Source: Catajapyx aquilonaris
Lineage: Eukaryota
Direction of reading: 5' to 3'
Length of the DNA stretch: 38,628 bases
NCBI GenBank assembly: GCA_000934665.2
Contig: KZ538956.1
Coordinates: 1-38,628 of the forward strand
The notes below the pieces were generated by a model. It did no database searches, was not told the DNA's origin, and saw only the letters and a list, made by a program, of their open reading frames with translations. A program made the position numbers and the translations under genes. Positions 23,223-36,520 of the stretch are shown here, in pieces; position 1 is the first letter of the stretch, and each line of letters opens with the position of its first letter.

Positions 23223-24451
23223 TAAGACTACCAAGAAGGGTAATATTCCATTTGTTCGACGGGTTGCATTGATCACAGGATCTTATGCTTGCCGGGACTC
23301 TCGATGGTAAAGCCGCATTGTAATAAATGTCAAAACAAGTAGAGAGTTGAAGGTGAAACATCTCTAAACTATTTTTGCCATTATAAAAAGTAAAGCCATT
23401 ATAAAGTCTTTTGAAGGCAGGACTGCATTTCCACAACTTTTGTGACCTTTAATTTTGTCTGATACTTGTGATAAATTATTATCAGTCGTAACCTTCAGTA
23501 TCTCAAGAAATTAAAGGCTTATACTCTATAGCGAGAATATTCATCCAGTCACTATGTTTAGCAGTATAACGACCAAAGAAATGTTCCCAAGCAACATTTG
23601 CGAAGGTTCAAGTCATTGTAAATACTACACATCTGCTAAAAAAAACTCGGAACAAACTCATTTCCTTGATGTAACTATTGAAGAACTGGTGTAACGTTAT
23701 ACGAATTGTAAAGGAACCGCGGGTTAATACACCTTCATACGGTATAAATAAAGTTCATCGTCATGACAGGCCGTTGGTTTATAACGAGACAAAAAAAGCT
23801 CGCTTGAACACCTGATACATGACCTTTTAAGAATTCTTTTGGACGGCGCAAAGAAAATACCATATGTTATTTGTATCTTGCCTGAAGATGATGTAACTAT
23901 GGTGGTTGGTAGTATACCCTTATTCTGGTTCGTCCTTGATAAACCTTTCTCCAGTGGCCGCGGATGCATACATGACAATCAACATCTTCAGCAGCATCCT
24001 GGAACTGACTTGAGAAATTTTTCATTCACGCATACCGTACCCACAAAAACTCGTGATCAAATACATTCGTTTCAGCTGCTAACCCTGAACCTCCCCGCCC
24101 TAATACGGAGTGATCTCTTGCACAATGTGTAGTGTAATGTCACGGTTATGCATATGTAAGGAAAGGTAGAAAGGCAAAAAAAGACCACGCAGGAATACTT
24201 TGGGACTTAATAATGCACCATCGTAGTAGGTCAACAATCATGGGTCCGTTGCTTCTTGCGATAGGTCATTCAGGCTTGAGACGAGTGCAATGACGTGGTG
24301 GATGAGTCTACAATGGATCGGGGACACTGGGTATCGTGACTGAAATATTAACCGCACAGTGGGCAGCATGCAACTCTTCTTTGAGTGGTTTGCTGAAAGT
24401 CTAACCTATGGATGAGGCCTGCCTTTAAGTTTTTATTTTATTTTATTGCAG

Positions 24452-24526
24452 CCTCCATTGAGAATGTAATTAGTCCACAGCAAAAGGAGGAAGAAGCACC
24501 TTCAGAGAGGCAACGAAGAGCAGCAG
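24452..24526 (+). CDS. Internal exon of the DUF4758-like gene: xSIENVISPQQKEEEAPSERQRRAA
   Basis: Strong acceptor ttttattttattgcag| and donor CAG|gtgggt. 75 nt, phase 1-1, joins in frame to 24808 (G+AT = Asp). Confidence 0.8.
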
Positions 24527-24807
24527 GTGGGTGAAAACATTGTATAAACAATGTGTTTACATTATTGCCCTGTTACACACTTGACATACCGGTATATACC
24601 ATGTGAAGCCTCTAAGTACATTCGTTCTTCGAGCCTTCTCTATTGTGTTTTGCTTCTTTTAATTTACTTTTTCATTTAAAATCATAGTGAGTCGATCTGA
24701 CAAAAATAATCGGTTGTCTTCCTTGTCTTTAAGTGCTTCATGTTACTTCTTTTGTCAATCTGCTGTAACTTCTCTTCTTATCCGACTTTCTGGGCTTCGC
24801 TCAACAG

Positions 24808-27800
24808 ATGGCCTCATCAATACCATTGTTGATGGAACCATCACTACCAGCCTGTATTTGGACAAGGAAAAGGGCAAAGGAAGGCCAACAGGACTTCTGA
24901 CCTCCACCTTGGGTACTTTTATCAACGCCGGTACTACTACGGAATATGCTACCAAAATCTACGGCACGTTTTTGGAGGGACAGTACGCCAAGATTGTTAG
25001 TACGACTTCCCGAGTGTTTTTCGTCATCCCTACTGGAAGTGCTTCGGACATGGTGGATCTGATCAGGCCAACGGGATTTGTTTCCAGCGTCGAATCTACC
25101 GAAGTCAAAAATTATGCTACCACATTGCACACCACCGAGTACTACCGGACCTTTATCGACGGCACGTATGCGCAGCTGGTATCCAGCTCTTCCAATGTCC
25201 ACTTTCCACCATGGTACACGGACCCAATCATTGCTTCCACTATTGGAACTCGTCAGTTTGATTCTGTTCATTCTGGTGAGGTGTACCCAACAGCACTTAA
25301 TGTCTTGTCGTCTCCAGGAAAGGACGCTGTTGTTAAAGGTTCCGTCGTGAATGAGGCTCACGGGCGTTTTAGCATCGTTCCTACAAAGGCTTCTGAAGTG
25401 CTGCAGACCAGTTCCGTGCAAAACATCCGAGTTGGTACAGGAGGTGAAGAAATCACACTCAGAGGTACCCGCGCAAAGCTGATCGCTGCAAATGGAGACC
25501 AATATTATAACGTATTCACGGGGAAGTATGAAAGAGGTGATAAAACGTATCAGTTCATCCTTGGAAACACAGTCCAGCAAGGAAAGGGCGGTGACCCCAG
25601 ACCTGTCACAATTGCGGGTCCTATACAAGTTGCAAATGGTGACCAGGCTAGTGTGGTGATACTGAAGGGAGACAGAGGTCTTGAAGTAGTAGTTCCAACT
25701 GCAGCGATCAAAGCAGGAGCAACTGCTGCCCCTGTTTGGTCTGGATCAGGATTGATTGACGGTCAGCCAATGGAAGGCGTGCTGATAGAGAGTTCCGAGG
25801 GCCATGACTCCATTGCTGTTCAAGGAGAGTATGGAGTCATTACGGGCGCAACACCTAGCATTGCCACAGTAGTCATTGACAAGAATGCACGCAGAGGAAG
25901 AGTATCCCTCAAGGTAGCAGCTGAATCTTCCACTTCTTCAGTGCCCAAGCTACTACGCGAGCACACTTCAGGCCGGAAGGTCCACCGAGGACAGGAGATA
26001 AATGATGTCAGGCCTAGTAAGCCAAGGCGTGCCAACCTGCCAACATTTACCGTAGGTCAGGATTTCTTTGGCACCAGTTCAGAGGAAGACAGTGCAGAGT
26101 CTAGCCCACCCAAAGACGAGGAAAAACGTACCGAAATTCGCACCTCATTCGTCAGAGACTGGAAATCTCGGAACCGTGTCAACACTTACAGAAAGGATAG
26201 GTCATTCCCCAATTTCCGAGTTGTCGACACAGAATTACACAATGAAGCGTCTGAAATGACAACCGTCACTTATGTGGGGTTTGTCGATTTCACTACCACT
26301 GTCGGAGACACAGTCATTGTCTTTATGCCTAGAACCCAAGATGTTGCTCAGGTAACCAAGGTCGCGCCGACGTCAGTGAAACAGAGCGTTCAAACAACGT
26401 CATTGGCCTCCTCGGTTTTACGAGAACAAAAGAAGAAAGACAATGAGCAGAAGGTGGTGTCGGGCGTAAAAACATTTATGTCCTACACCCCTGGAATGGT
26501 CACTCGTACTATAGTAGGGCACAAAATCAGTGTAGAAAAGGCAATTCCAACAGTGCAAGCTGGTGGAATCCGAGGCCCTAAAGATTTTCCAGAGGAAATA
26601 TCATCTCAGGTGCCTAGTTCTGACATGAACATACTGTTTAGTTCAGTGCTCGTATCTTCGGAAGAAGATAATGACTATGATTTGGTCTCGACAGACCTCG
26701 TCGATATTGCTTCTGCTTATGTGGAACCTACTGCTTCATTGACAGGCTTGACAGAATCTTCTGTCGTCAAAGAAACACAAGTTGTCGCATCTCCCTCACC
26801 GACTTTAGACGACGAAGTATATTCGACAGCGACAACTGTTGTTCTGAACACTGTCGATGCTTTCCCCACTGGACTTATTACAGCCATTGGTGGCCGCATC
26901 ATACATCGAGGAACAACAACTTTGTACACCTCGTTAATTTTCGGAACTTACATCGAGGGCAACTATGCACAAATAATTCACAGCACTTCTACCATTTACT
27001 ACCTAGTTGATGAGTCGTCCTACATAGCTCCTTCAGTGACCGAGTCCATTCAAATGACTTCTGTATTGGAAGCCCCAGCGACGACGAACAGTGCCTCTGT
27101 TTCCGATGCAGGCGTTACAACTGAATCCAGTTTTGAGTCAACTACTAAGGAAGATGCAGCCGATATAACCACAGTAGACATATTGCCACCTGCAGAACTA
27201 ACGACAGAGAAACATCTCACGAACGAAGTGGATGATGGGGTTACTTTGAAGCCTCGTCCCCAAGACGAGGATAATGAAATTATTGAAACAAGCAGAAGGG
27301 TTGGGTCAAAACCAGGGGCTCAGCTTATTGTTCTGGATGGAGACAAGAAAAATGAAATTAGTGACCAGAAAAGCACTGTAATATTTAGTCGCATACTGCC
27401 ATCTACAATATACAAGACATACACATATTTCACCACCTTTTTTGTTGAGGATGACGGCACAAGCACTACCTCAATAAAATCACGAGAGGAAATTTCAACC
27501 GAAGTTGGTGTGGTTACTTCCACTTATAGTTCAGTCATAGACGCGACAGCACCTGTAGAAGCATCACTAGAATCAACTGAAGCATCCGTGCTGAATAGAC
27601 AACAGAATATTCCAATCGCACCAGTGGAAGTAGTGCCAACTGCTGTCAACACTAGACTCCAGACATTGTATACGACATATACTTATCTCACCACCTACTT
27701 TGCGGATGACACCGTGAGCATATCAAGTAGAGAAGAAACGGTTACAAATATTATTACAGTAACTCCAGACATTGAAGCGACTGTAGCTCAAGCGGAGCCA

Positions 27801-30800
27801 CTGGTGTCACCTACCGCGACTTTGACTGAGCGTATTGAACCAGTGACTGGAGTCGGGGTGGGTAGGCCGACGACAAAGTTCTTCTCAGCTCCTGAAGAAG
27901 TGGAAAGTTCACCGACTCTAGTAGACTCTCTGACGAAATCTCTGGCAGACAATTTGTTGAAAACATTTTATACTACTTACACTTACTTCACAACTGTTTT
28001 TGTTGATGGAGAAACAAGCATCAATAGCCGTACTGATGTTTACACCAACATTGTGACACCTAGTAATTACCAACCAGAAGCCACGGAAGACGTTGTTATC
28101 TCACCAACAATCAGTGAGTTAGTATTAGACTCTTCCATTGTGAGTGATGAGGACGAAGAATCAGTTGTGTCTCAAGTTAAGCCTACAGACGCCCTTGAAA
28201 GCACATTTTACACTACGTATACATACCTGACAACTGCTTATAAGGACGGAAGTACTTTGTACTCAAGTTCTTTGGAGGTGTACACCAATGTTGTTGCTGG
28301 GGAGAAAACCGTGCGTTCGGGAATATACACTGATGACATTGCTCCTTCTGCTGCAGTGGATGCTCCTAAAGCTTCCCGTGATATTCTGAGGCAGCTAGAT
28401 ATTATAGATCAAATTCCAGGAGCATCCAGCGAGCTTGCAGCCAAAGTTACAACTGAGACAAGTGCTGAAAATGAAACCGACAGCAATTCAGACTCTAAAT
28501 TGTCCTCTTCATCATCCTCATCCTCTTCGGAAAAGGAAAAGCCGGAGGATGAAGATTCATTAAGCAAACCTACACCTCCGCTGAAAACTTTGTTCACAAC
28601 TTACACTTACTACACGACATACTTTCGAGAAGGAACGTCACAGATTGAAAGCAGACTGGACGTAGTAAGCACAGTAGTCTCGGATGAAGATCAACTCTCA
28701 ACATTTATTCCAATTGAAGCAACATTTCCGATCACATATTATACCACCTTCACATATTGGACAACGACCTTCAAGGATGGAAGTACACTAATATCTAGTA
28801 GAGAAGAGACTCAGTCAAATGTTGTTACACCTGGCGTGGATGCCACTGCTCATGAACAAGCGTCATCAAGCGAACTTGTAGTCGAGCCCACGCCGGTCCT
28901 AGAACTGACTACCTATTACACGACGTATACATATTACACCACCTCATACATTGGAGACGGAACGATCATTAGCAGCAGGCTCGAGACTTTAACCAATGTG
29001 ATTACGGGAACTGTTACTCCTTCAGGGAGAGCAGTCAGTGCCAGTCAAGCACCTGAACAAGGATTGTTAGACAAGCATGCAAGTCTACAAGACGCCAAGT
29101 CTAAAGACCAACCCACTGGCCTCTTGTCAACCATTGTCCAGAGCCAGGTAAATGATGGAACTACCACCTTGCTTTCTACTGATGTGTATGGGACATTTGT
29201 GGACGGAGTTTATGCACGAGTAGTCGAGAGTACGACACAAGTTGTAACACCTACCGCATCAGCAGAGGTCACGTTTCCAACAGGCCTGGTGTCATACAAT
29301 GCTGGTAAAATTGTCGACGCTGACGGAGCTACCACGACATATTTTACGAGTCGTGCCATTGGCACTTACATAGGAGTTCATTACGCTCAGATAATTGAAA
29401 GCACGACAAGCTTAGTTGTGAATCCATCCATCACAGTTGCCAGTGACAGCGACCAGTTCAAAACTGGCTTGGTGCGTTCAATTGACGGTTCAATTGTTCA
29501 AGGAGATAGCACAACTTTTTATGAGTCCAAAATCATTGGAACTTTTGTCGATGATCGTTATGCTCAAGTTATAGAGAGCACCTCTAGTGTGGCTATTGGT
29601 CCAACGTCAGTCGTAGTAGGCACTACAACAACTGCTACGGCAACACCAGATTCGCCCACTATCTCTACCATTGTCGCCCTCGACAGCTCTTTTGGAGATG
29701 GGGCTGAGACCGCTAAGGAAGAATCTAAGGAAGAGGAGCATGAAGAAGAAGACAAAGATCAAGATAATAAAGGATTTTTCAGTCAAGGACGAGGACGAGG
29801 TCGCCTTCCCTTTGGAAGGAGGACTTTCACTCCAGTAATTACACCCTTTGCTTCTCGGAGCAGATCGACCTTTCCTCCTAAGAGGAAGCCCACTAGTGCT
29901 ACAACCATTACGCGATCGGACTTGACACCAACAGTGACAGCCACTCCTGCAGCATCGGATGTGAGTCCCACTAGAGGGTTCTTCAGGAATCGTCCAGTAG
30001 GCGCCTCTGAATCTGCTGTAGTTCAGGGCTCTCGTCGATTTGGAAACAGATTCCGGTCATCCACTGCTGGTGCTGTTGTTGCAGCAACTTCTTCAAGTGG
30101 TGGGCGTTATGACAGTTCACGAGCTGGAGCCAGGTTTGGTAGCAGCAGTATTCCAATCAGCCCTACACAGTCAAGGCGTGGTGGGTTTAGGAACTCTGCT
30201 GTGAGAAGCACACAAGCTTCTCGTGCTAGCAGTGTTGCTGGTGCCGCTGGCGGAAGTTCCAGCAGGTTCGTTTTTAGATCACGAATCCGTCCAACGGCAT
30301 CCCTAAGAGACACACTCACAGTGTCTGCTTTTGTGACTGAGCCCACTATTCCTGATGAAACAGTTTACGAACAGCAGCAAGATTCAGACACTCAGACAGT
30401 CACGGAAGCTCTAGATATTGCCACGACTGAGGCCACTACGCCAATTAAGAATTCAAGATTCCGGCGACCACTTCCTAGATTGACCACATACTCATCTAGA
30501 GGCGGCTCAACAACAACACGACGACCGCCATCTGCCGCACGCTCGTACAAACAGGTGAATAGAAGCAGCACTACACCAGCTCCCAACAATCGTAGCGTCA
30601 ATCGGCCTCGTGCCTATTCGCCTCGCCCGAGACTCAACAGCTTGTTCCCATCTCGCTCATTTATTCAGCGACCAAGTCCTGAAGAAAGTGAGAAAGAAGA
30701 GACGGCGAAAAACGCTACGCAGGACTCCATCGATGACGGTAGCAATGAAGAATTTACTCAGGAGGCATCAGAAAATGCTTACACAGTAGCTGATATGGAC

Positions 30801-33800
30801 CCCTCGGAAGGAGAGGAAGAGACATCGTTAGATAGAGCCATTGCAGCAGCCGAACAAGAAAATTTGCCTGCACTCTCTCGTTCAGCCAGACAGACAGATT
30901 TTGGACAAAGGAGAAAGAGCAGTTCGTCGAGTTCTGGCAGTAGCAGATTTCGACGGCCAAGCAGTAGCGCTAGCAGAAAGAAAGATGATAACCCTCCAGA
31001 TCAGCAGAGGGAGAGCAGCAATAGCCAGCCATCTACCACCAGTAGCACTAGGTCCAGAGGGCAGTCATCACGCTTTCGCAGCCGAATCCAACCTACGTCA
31101 ACCTCTCGTCGCACACCCTTTACATTGAGTGCCAACACTGATTCAGGCAGGCGTTCTGCGGGCTCTTCAACATCTTCACCTTCTTTTCGTCGCACCACAA
31201 ATCCGGTGAGATACCAGCAACGTCAAGCTTCTGAAACAAAGCCTACCCGCTCACGATTCAGATCCTCATCTCGATACCGTGGGAGTAATTCAGCTGCTGC
31301 TACAACTGAATCAGCTCCTAGTCCTAGGACCAGTCGACGCTATTCCAATGGACGTGGGGGTGGGGGTGGTCGTTCTGCATCTCGATACAGGACAGACTAC
31401 GATGAGTACACATCTAAGCAGGAAACGTACCAGCTGCCCACGTTTGATGGAACCATTACAGTGACACATTACATTCCAATGGAAGCCACAATTCCCATTG
31501 TTCATGGGAAAGAAACTGAATACAGGCAAGTGTTAACCGCTAGCCCCAGCATCGAGATTCTTGGACCTGATCAGTACACAACTATTGAATTCGATGGCAG
31601 CAATGTTTTGTTAGCAAGTGAAATTACTGCTACACCGTCAATTGGTGTCACTGAAATTACCAGCTACCTGCTGCGCCCTTCGGAAACAACTGGAGTCATT
31701 TTTACACCTACTACTATCAGAGGCCGAAGGACGTCCTATTCCCACATTGTCCCCAGTACAGCATACTCGGTGGATCCCGTGGTGACAACATTAACAGATC
31801 CTCTGGCCAACAATTCTCCTCTCACTAACCTTTTGCTATCCCAGCTCTTGTTGGGAAACCTTGGTGGATTCCCTCCCAACCTAAACCCTCTCCTTGCTCT
31901 AAATAACCAGCCTCAAAGCCCAGGGACTCCCATGACCCTCTTGACCACTCTGACTACCACCTACGTTACTACCGTCACTGACCTGACATCAACTGTGCTC
32001 CCTATCACTCTGAGGGGAATGGCAATAAAAACCACCATTGTTGACAGCTCCGTTCACGTGATAACAGCTACAGAATTCATTACTGAGACCAGCATAGTCA
32101 CACCAACTCCAGCTGCTAACGATGCCATAAACACTCTGCTCCTTCAAGGTTTACTACAAACGCGATTGTTTCAACCACCACCGCTACCGCAACAACAACC
32201 TCTAATTCAGCCTCACCAGATCCAGCATTTGTTGCAACAACCTCCTCCTCCACCGCCCCCGCCGCGGGCGAAGAGTGAGAGAAGAAAAACTGCTCGAGAT
32301 CATGGAGTTGCCGTTGAGTTAGATGAATACCTAGATGAAAATTTGGAGTATAAACAAGATGCTCGCAGAGTTCAAACAAAACCCAAACCCAAGCAAGAAC
32401 CTGTAGTCACACGGCAAAAGCCTGAAACTAGTGTTGTCACTTTGTATGTGAGTGGTAGTAGACCTGGTGATTTCACTACCATTTTGTCTACCGTCACTTT
32501 GAGCCGAGATTCTGCCACCGCAGCAAGCATTGTCAAACGGAACGTTGAAGCCACAACAATCACACCTTCTGCACTGCCATCATTTATAGAAAGTGACGGC
32601 GTTGTTCACACTCTCCCGGACAAATATGACGATATTGACTTTTACGTCATGTCAGCAATAAATGAAGTGGATACGGGTGACCCAGCAACTGATTTGCCCA
32701 CCGAATCTTTAACCAGTGTCCAGAGCAGTCATTCGTTATATTCAAGTGTAGATGAAATTGAAACATCCACTCCAGTTTCCGAAATTGAAGATGATACTCG
32801 CCATTTTTTATCGGATGGCCGCGCTGAGCCTGCCCCACTCGCGCGGAAAAAAAGAAGTGCTCAACGGGGCCAAGGAATAAGTCGCCAAGACTCGGAAGAA
32901 GAAGACCATGTTGTAGAATCAGATTCTAGTGGCCGCATACAATCTAGACTACGAAGCAAAAAAGTTCAGATACTGAAGAAGCCTTCGGTGGCGGAGAGTG
33001 CTGAGAACGAGTCAAACAAGGTTAACAGTGACACCAACGATGAAAAAGTGGACAGTACTGCTGAAACGGAATCGCCCACACCGTCTCTTCGGAAGGGAAT
33101 TAGACGAGTAACAATTACTCGCTCACGCCCCTCTACGACTCTTGAAACTGAAAAGATACCTACACCAGTGTCCAAGAGACGAAAGATTATCGTGACCCGG
33201 ACTCGCACTGTACCAGCGAGATCTTTGGGGTTCTTAGATGGAGCTGCAGAACTACCTGTTGGTAGACGGGTGGCTCACACTCGTGCGTCAAACGAGGCGA
33301 CAAAAGGATCTAAGAGAAGAAAGATCGTTGTGACGAGAAGGCGACCTGTTACAAGCCCTAACATTGCAGCAACCCGAAGCAGAACTGTTGCTAGTGATGG
33401 AAAAGTTAAAGTCGTTGTTACTAAACGTCGTCCAGTGAAGTCTAGAGCATCTTTGGGCCGCATTGAACCAACTATTTCTGGGGCGACTAGGTCTGCCAGT
33501 GCCGACAGAACTTTGCTGACAGTGTATTCATATCTCTACACAGTGGTAAAGCCAGATGCCGAAGCAGTTACATCCACCAGGGAACTTACAGTCTCTGAAG
33601 TGGTAGGAAGAGACCAAGTACCTGAAGATATTAAGCCTACAGAGGCAGGCCTGTACACGATTGGCACTATAGCACCTACATCTAGATTAGGTGAAAGAGT
33701 GAACAACGGTGTTACAACCTTGGTCAATTTGGCTTCTGCAACACTGCTCAGATATGATGGAGGTGATGACATTGCATATCAAGACCGCGATAATTCTCGG

Positions 33801-35298
33801 CAGCAGCAAATTGAAGCTTCCTTCGATATAGTCAATGATCATAGACCTTCTCGTACTCGAACGCAAGCCCTTCCTACTAGAGTACGGAACATGGCCACAA
33901 ACCGTGGCACCGTAAGGTTCGATCCAGCTCGCCAATTAGAAACATTCACCTTAGTGCGACGACCAACCAGCAGAAGAGTGAATTCGGCCATCAGGACTGT
34001 GTTGAGAAATTCTGCATCACGTGTCCGCTTTAATGACGTAAGTGATTTGTCACAAGAGGACTTTGAATACGACTATGATGAGTATCCGCAAAGTTTGGCT
34101 GATTATTATGAAGAAGATGGTGAAGGAAACACGGAAGAACTTGATGTGGAGGACGAAATGTCAGTCACAGAAGCAGGTGAACACTCTGTAGATGACACTA
34201 CAGAAGCTGAGGAGAGTGAAGTCACAGTGCCTCCACAAGAAGATGATGTTAAGGAAGCCCCTATGGCAGAACACAGTCAAACAACAGTGAACCAAACAGA
34301 AGCGGCTGACACTAAAGAAGGAACTCTCGGCGGTGACAGGGAAGGCAGTCTTAAAGATGGAGAACAAGAAGCGTCAGGTGAATCTCCGCTGGAATCATCC
34401 CAAGAAAGTGGCGAAAAAGATGAAGCCGTTTTAGAAAGGACTGAGTATGAAGAAGAAGAACTGGAAGACGAAGATGAAGAAGGAGGAGATAAGGCGAGTC
34501 TAACACCCACTGCCAGTAGCGGACTCCGCCTGGTACGTCCAACTCGTCTTAACTTCTCACGTCGACCTGCTCCAGCACGTAGGCCATCGCCAGATTTCTT
34601 GAGTAGGCTGAACCGATTGCGGACCAGCAGCATTAGCAGCAGCGCACCTAGTCTTCTTCAACCTCGTCCCACTGCCACCTTGGGACGCGCCCCATTCAGA
34701 TCCCGCTTGTCCCGCGTCCAGGGTCCATTGTCCTCTTCCCATAACGTCCCTTCATCGGTGGTGTGGAAGACATTCACTACCACTACCAGTCTTCCACTGC
34801 ATGGGGACAGAACATACCTGACTTTGTCATTGCTCACCTCGACCATAACCACCCTTGTAGGAAGTGACCTCTCCTTGCTGACTGAATCTCCCGAATTTTA
34901 CAAGGTGGCTACCACTGCCCCTGTTCGCACCAACAGACCTTTTGTCAGTCCTACACGGCCTGCCAGTTTGCGGCCTACGTCCAGGCCTGCAGTCAGATAT
35001 CCGACCGTAGAAGACTTCAACGATGTTTCTCCAGAAACGACCGATCTTTCTGACGTTCCACCACCAAACGCTTTTACTCCAAATGACTTGGCTGACTTTA
35101 TCCCAGGGCCTTTATCTTCTCTCACTCTGTCTGACATTCCCATATACACGACTCGACTAGTCACAGAAACAAACTACAAGACATTGAAATATGTGGTCAC
35201 TCGTCTCAACGGGGACGAAAGCGACGTCACCACCAGTCAAGAAATTATATCTGACGTTGTGACCAAAACAGTGACCGAGCTCGTTACTCCAACCAAAG
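24808..35298 (+). CDS. Giant coding exon (10,491 nt, 3,497 codons) of a DUF4758-like repeat, Ser/Thr-rich mucin-like extracellular protein
   Basis: Lies within ORF 24687-35345. Acceptor ...cttcgctcaacag| at 24807 and donor AAAG|gtgagt at 35299, phase 1-1. Repeated PTGL..T..GT..YA.I..ST and YTTYTY.TT...SR.E..TN modules are typical of arthropod DUF4758 proteins (family assignment from recall). Confidence 0.9.
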
Positions 35299-35826
35299 GT
35301 GAGTTCACACCAGAAACTTCCCCATCTTCTGTAGCTGTGGTGTAAAAATAATGAACTATTAGCATTGTCCCCAACACGCATCATGAACAGGAACAGGGAT
35401 TTCCTTGATCTGCTGATTCATATTTTATCAGAAAAGGTTTTGGAGAAAATATTTAGGTTGCCATTTTATTGCATTCACTTATCTTCTCTAGTTCTATCAC
35501 ATATTCTTCTTTTTTGTCTACTCCAACTTTTCATGAACCTTCCAATTTTGTAAAAACTTCCACATGTTCTTGTTATTTATTCATGACAGACTCCATCATT
35601 ACATGAAGCTGTCTCGTAGCACGTGTTGGTATTTTGTATTCCATTTCACACTATCAAAATCTTTCAGTACACAGGGAATTTTAGGGTTATTATCTATGAT
35701 CAAAAAGTAAAGCAGTGTACTAATTTGTAGGCAACTACTTTTTACTGACAGTCTGAAATATGTAGCAAGAGCCAATGTTGTATGATCTATAATGATGTTT
35801 TGGTAACAATATCTTAATTTCCACAG

Positions 35827-35871
35827 CAGTTCCTGTTGTTGCCACTGCTGTCGAGGACAACAAACTTGCTG
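35827..35871 (+). CDS. Small internal exon of the DUF4758-like gene: AVPVVATAVEDNKLA
   Basis: Acceptor atttccacag| and donor CTG|gtgagt. 45 nt, phase 1-1, in frame with the giant exon. Confidence 0.7.
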
Positions 35872-36328
35872 GTGAGTGCATATCAACAAAAAAGTATGGC
35901 TTAAAATATTATGATTTGTTTTCAGTCTTCACCAATGATACAGTGATTAATTGTTGGGAACATATTGTTTCTTAATTGCAAAGGTAGGATCGCAAAATCT
36001 TACACTACAGTAGCCTATACATAGTTTGTATGTATCTCATGTACGGCAAATCACAGAAATATTCGAGGCACGACAATCGCTGATCGTCATCCCGAGACCA
36101 TCGCGGTAAAGTTATCGCAGTAATTTTGCTCCAGACACGTGGCATCGAATAAAGAACAAAAAGAACAACAACAAGAAGAGAAAAAGAACATTTCTCATGG
36201 TGGATTTTTCCGCCAAGGATATTGCCGCGATCTATGTCCCAGAATCAAAACAAGTTGCACGAGGACATCTGTCCTGTGTGATTTTGTAGCGCGGTATCCT
36301 TGGCGGCGCTGTTTTATTTATTCATTTA

Positions 36329-36443
36329 GGGCCAGTTGCACCGGCCTCAGTGTAACTTAGAACCTCGGGTATAACAAGAATTGCCATAGCAATCATTGTT
36401 GGTCAACAATGATTGCTATGGCAATTCTTGTTGCAACTGGCCC
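36329..36443. mobile_element. PIF/Harbinger-type MITE with internal hairpin
   Basis: TTA|GGGCCAGTTGCA...TGCAACTGGCCC|TTA, with a perfect inverted repeat AACAAGAATTGCCATAGCAATCATTGTTG / CAACAATGATTGCTATGGCAATTCTTGTT. Confidence 0.85.
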
Positions 36444-36520
36444 TTATTGAGCAAAGGTGCGGTATTTATTTTGATTTGATCTGTATTAACTTATTATAAT
36501 CCGGAAAATAAATTGTCTAA

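Noticed and set aside
22966..23225. CRISPR-like repeat array
   Set aside because: The repeats are inverted TIRs with TAA TSDs and no unique spacers, in a eukaryotic context.
1..24451. Signal-peptide first exon of the giant gene, and hence nesting of the PHD-bromo gene in its intron
   Set aside because: No convincing ATG plus hydrophobic exon with a phase-1 donor was found, so nesting is plausible but unproven.
24687..24807. 5' part of the 3552-aa ORF (GTG start, MSRSDK...)
   Set aside because: Non-ATG start and pyrimidine-rich sequence ending in a good acceptor, so it is intronic read-through.
24755..35384. Numerous minus-strand ORFs overlapping the giant exon
   Set aside because: Antisense shadows of a long Ser/Thr-rich coding frame with no independent motifs.
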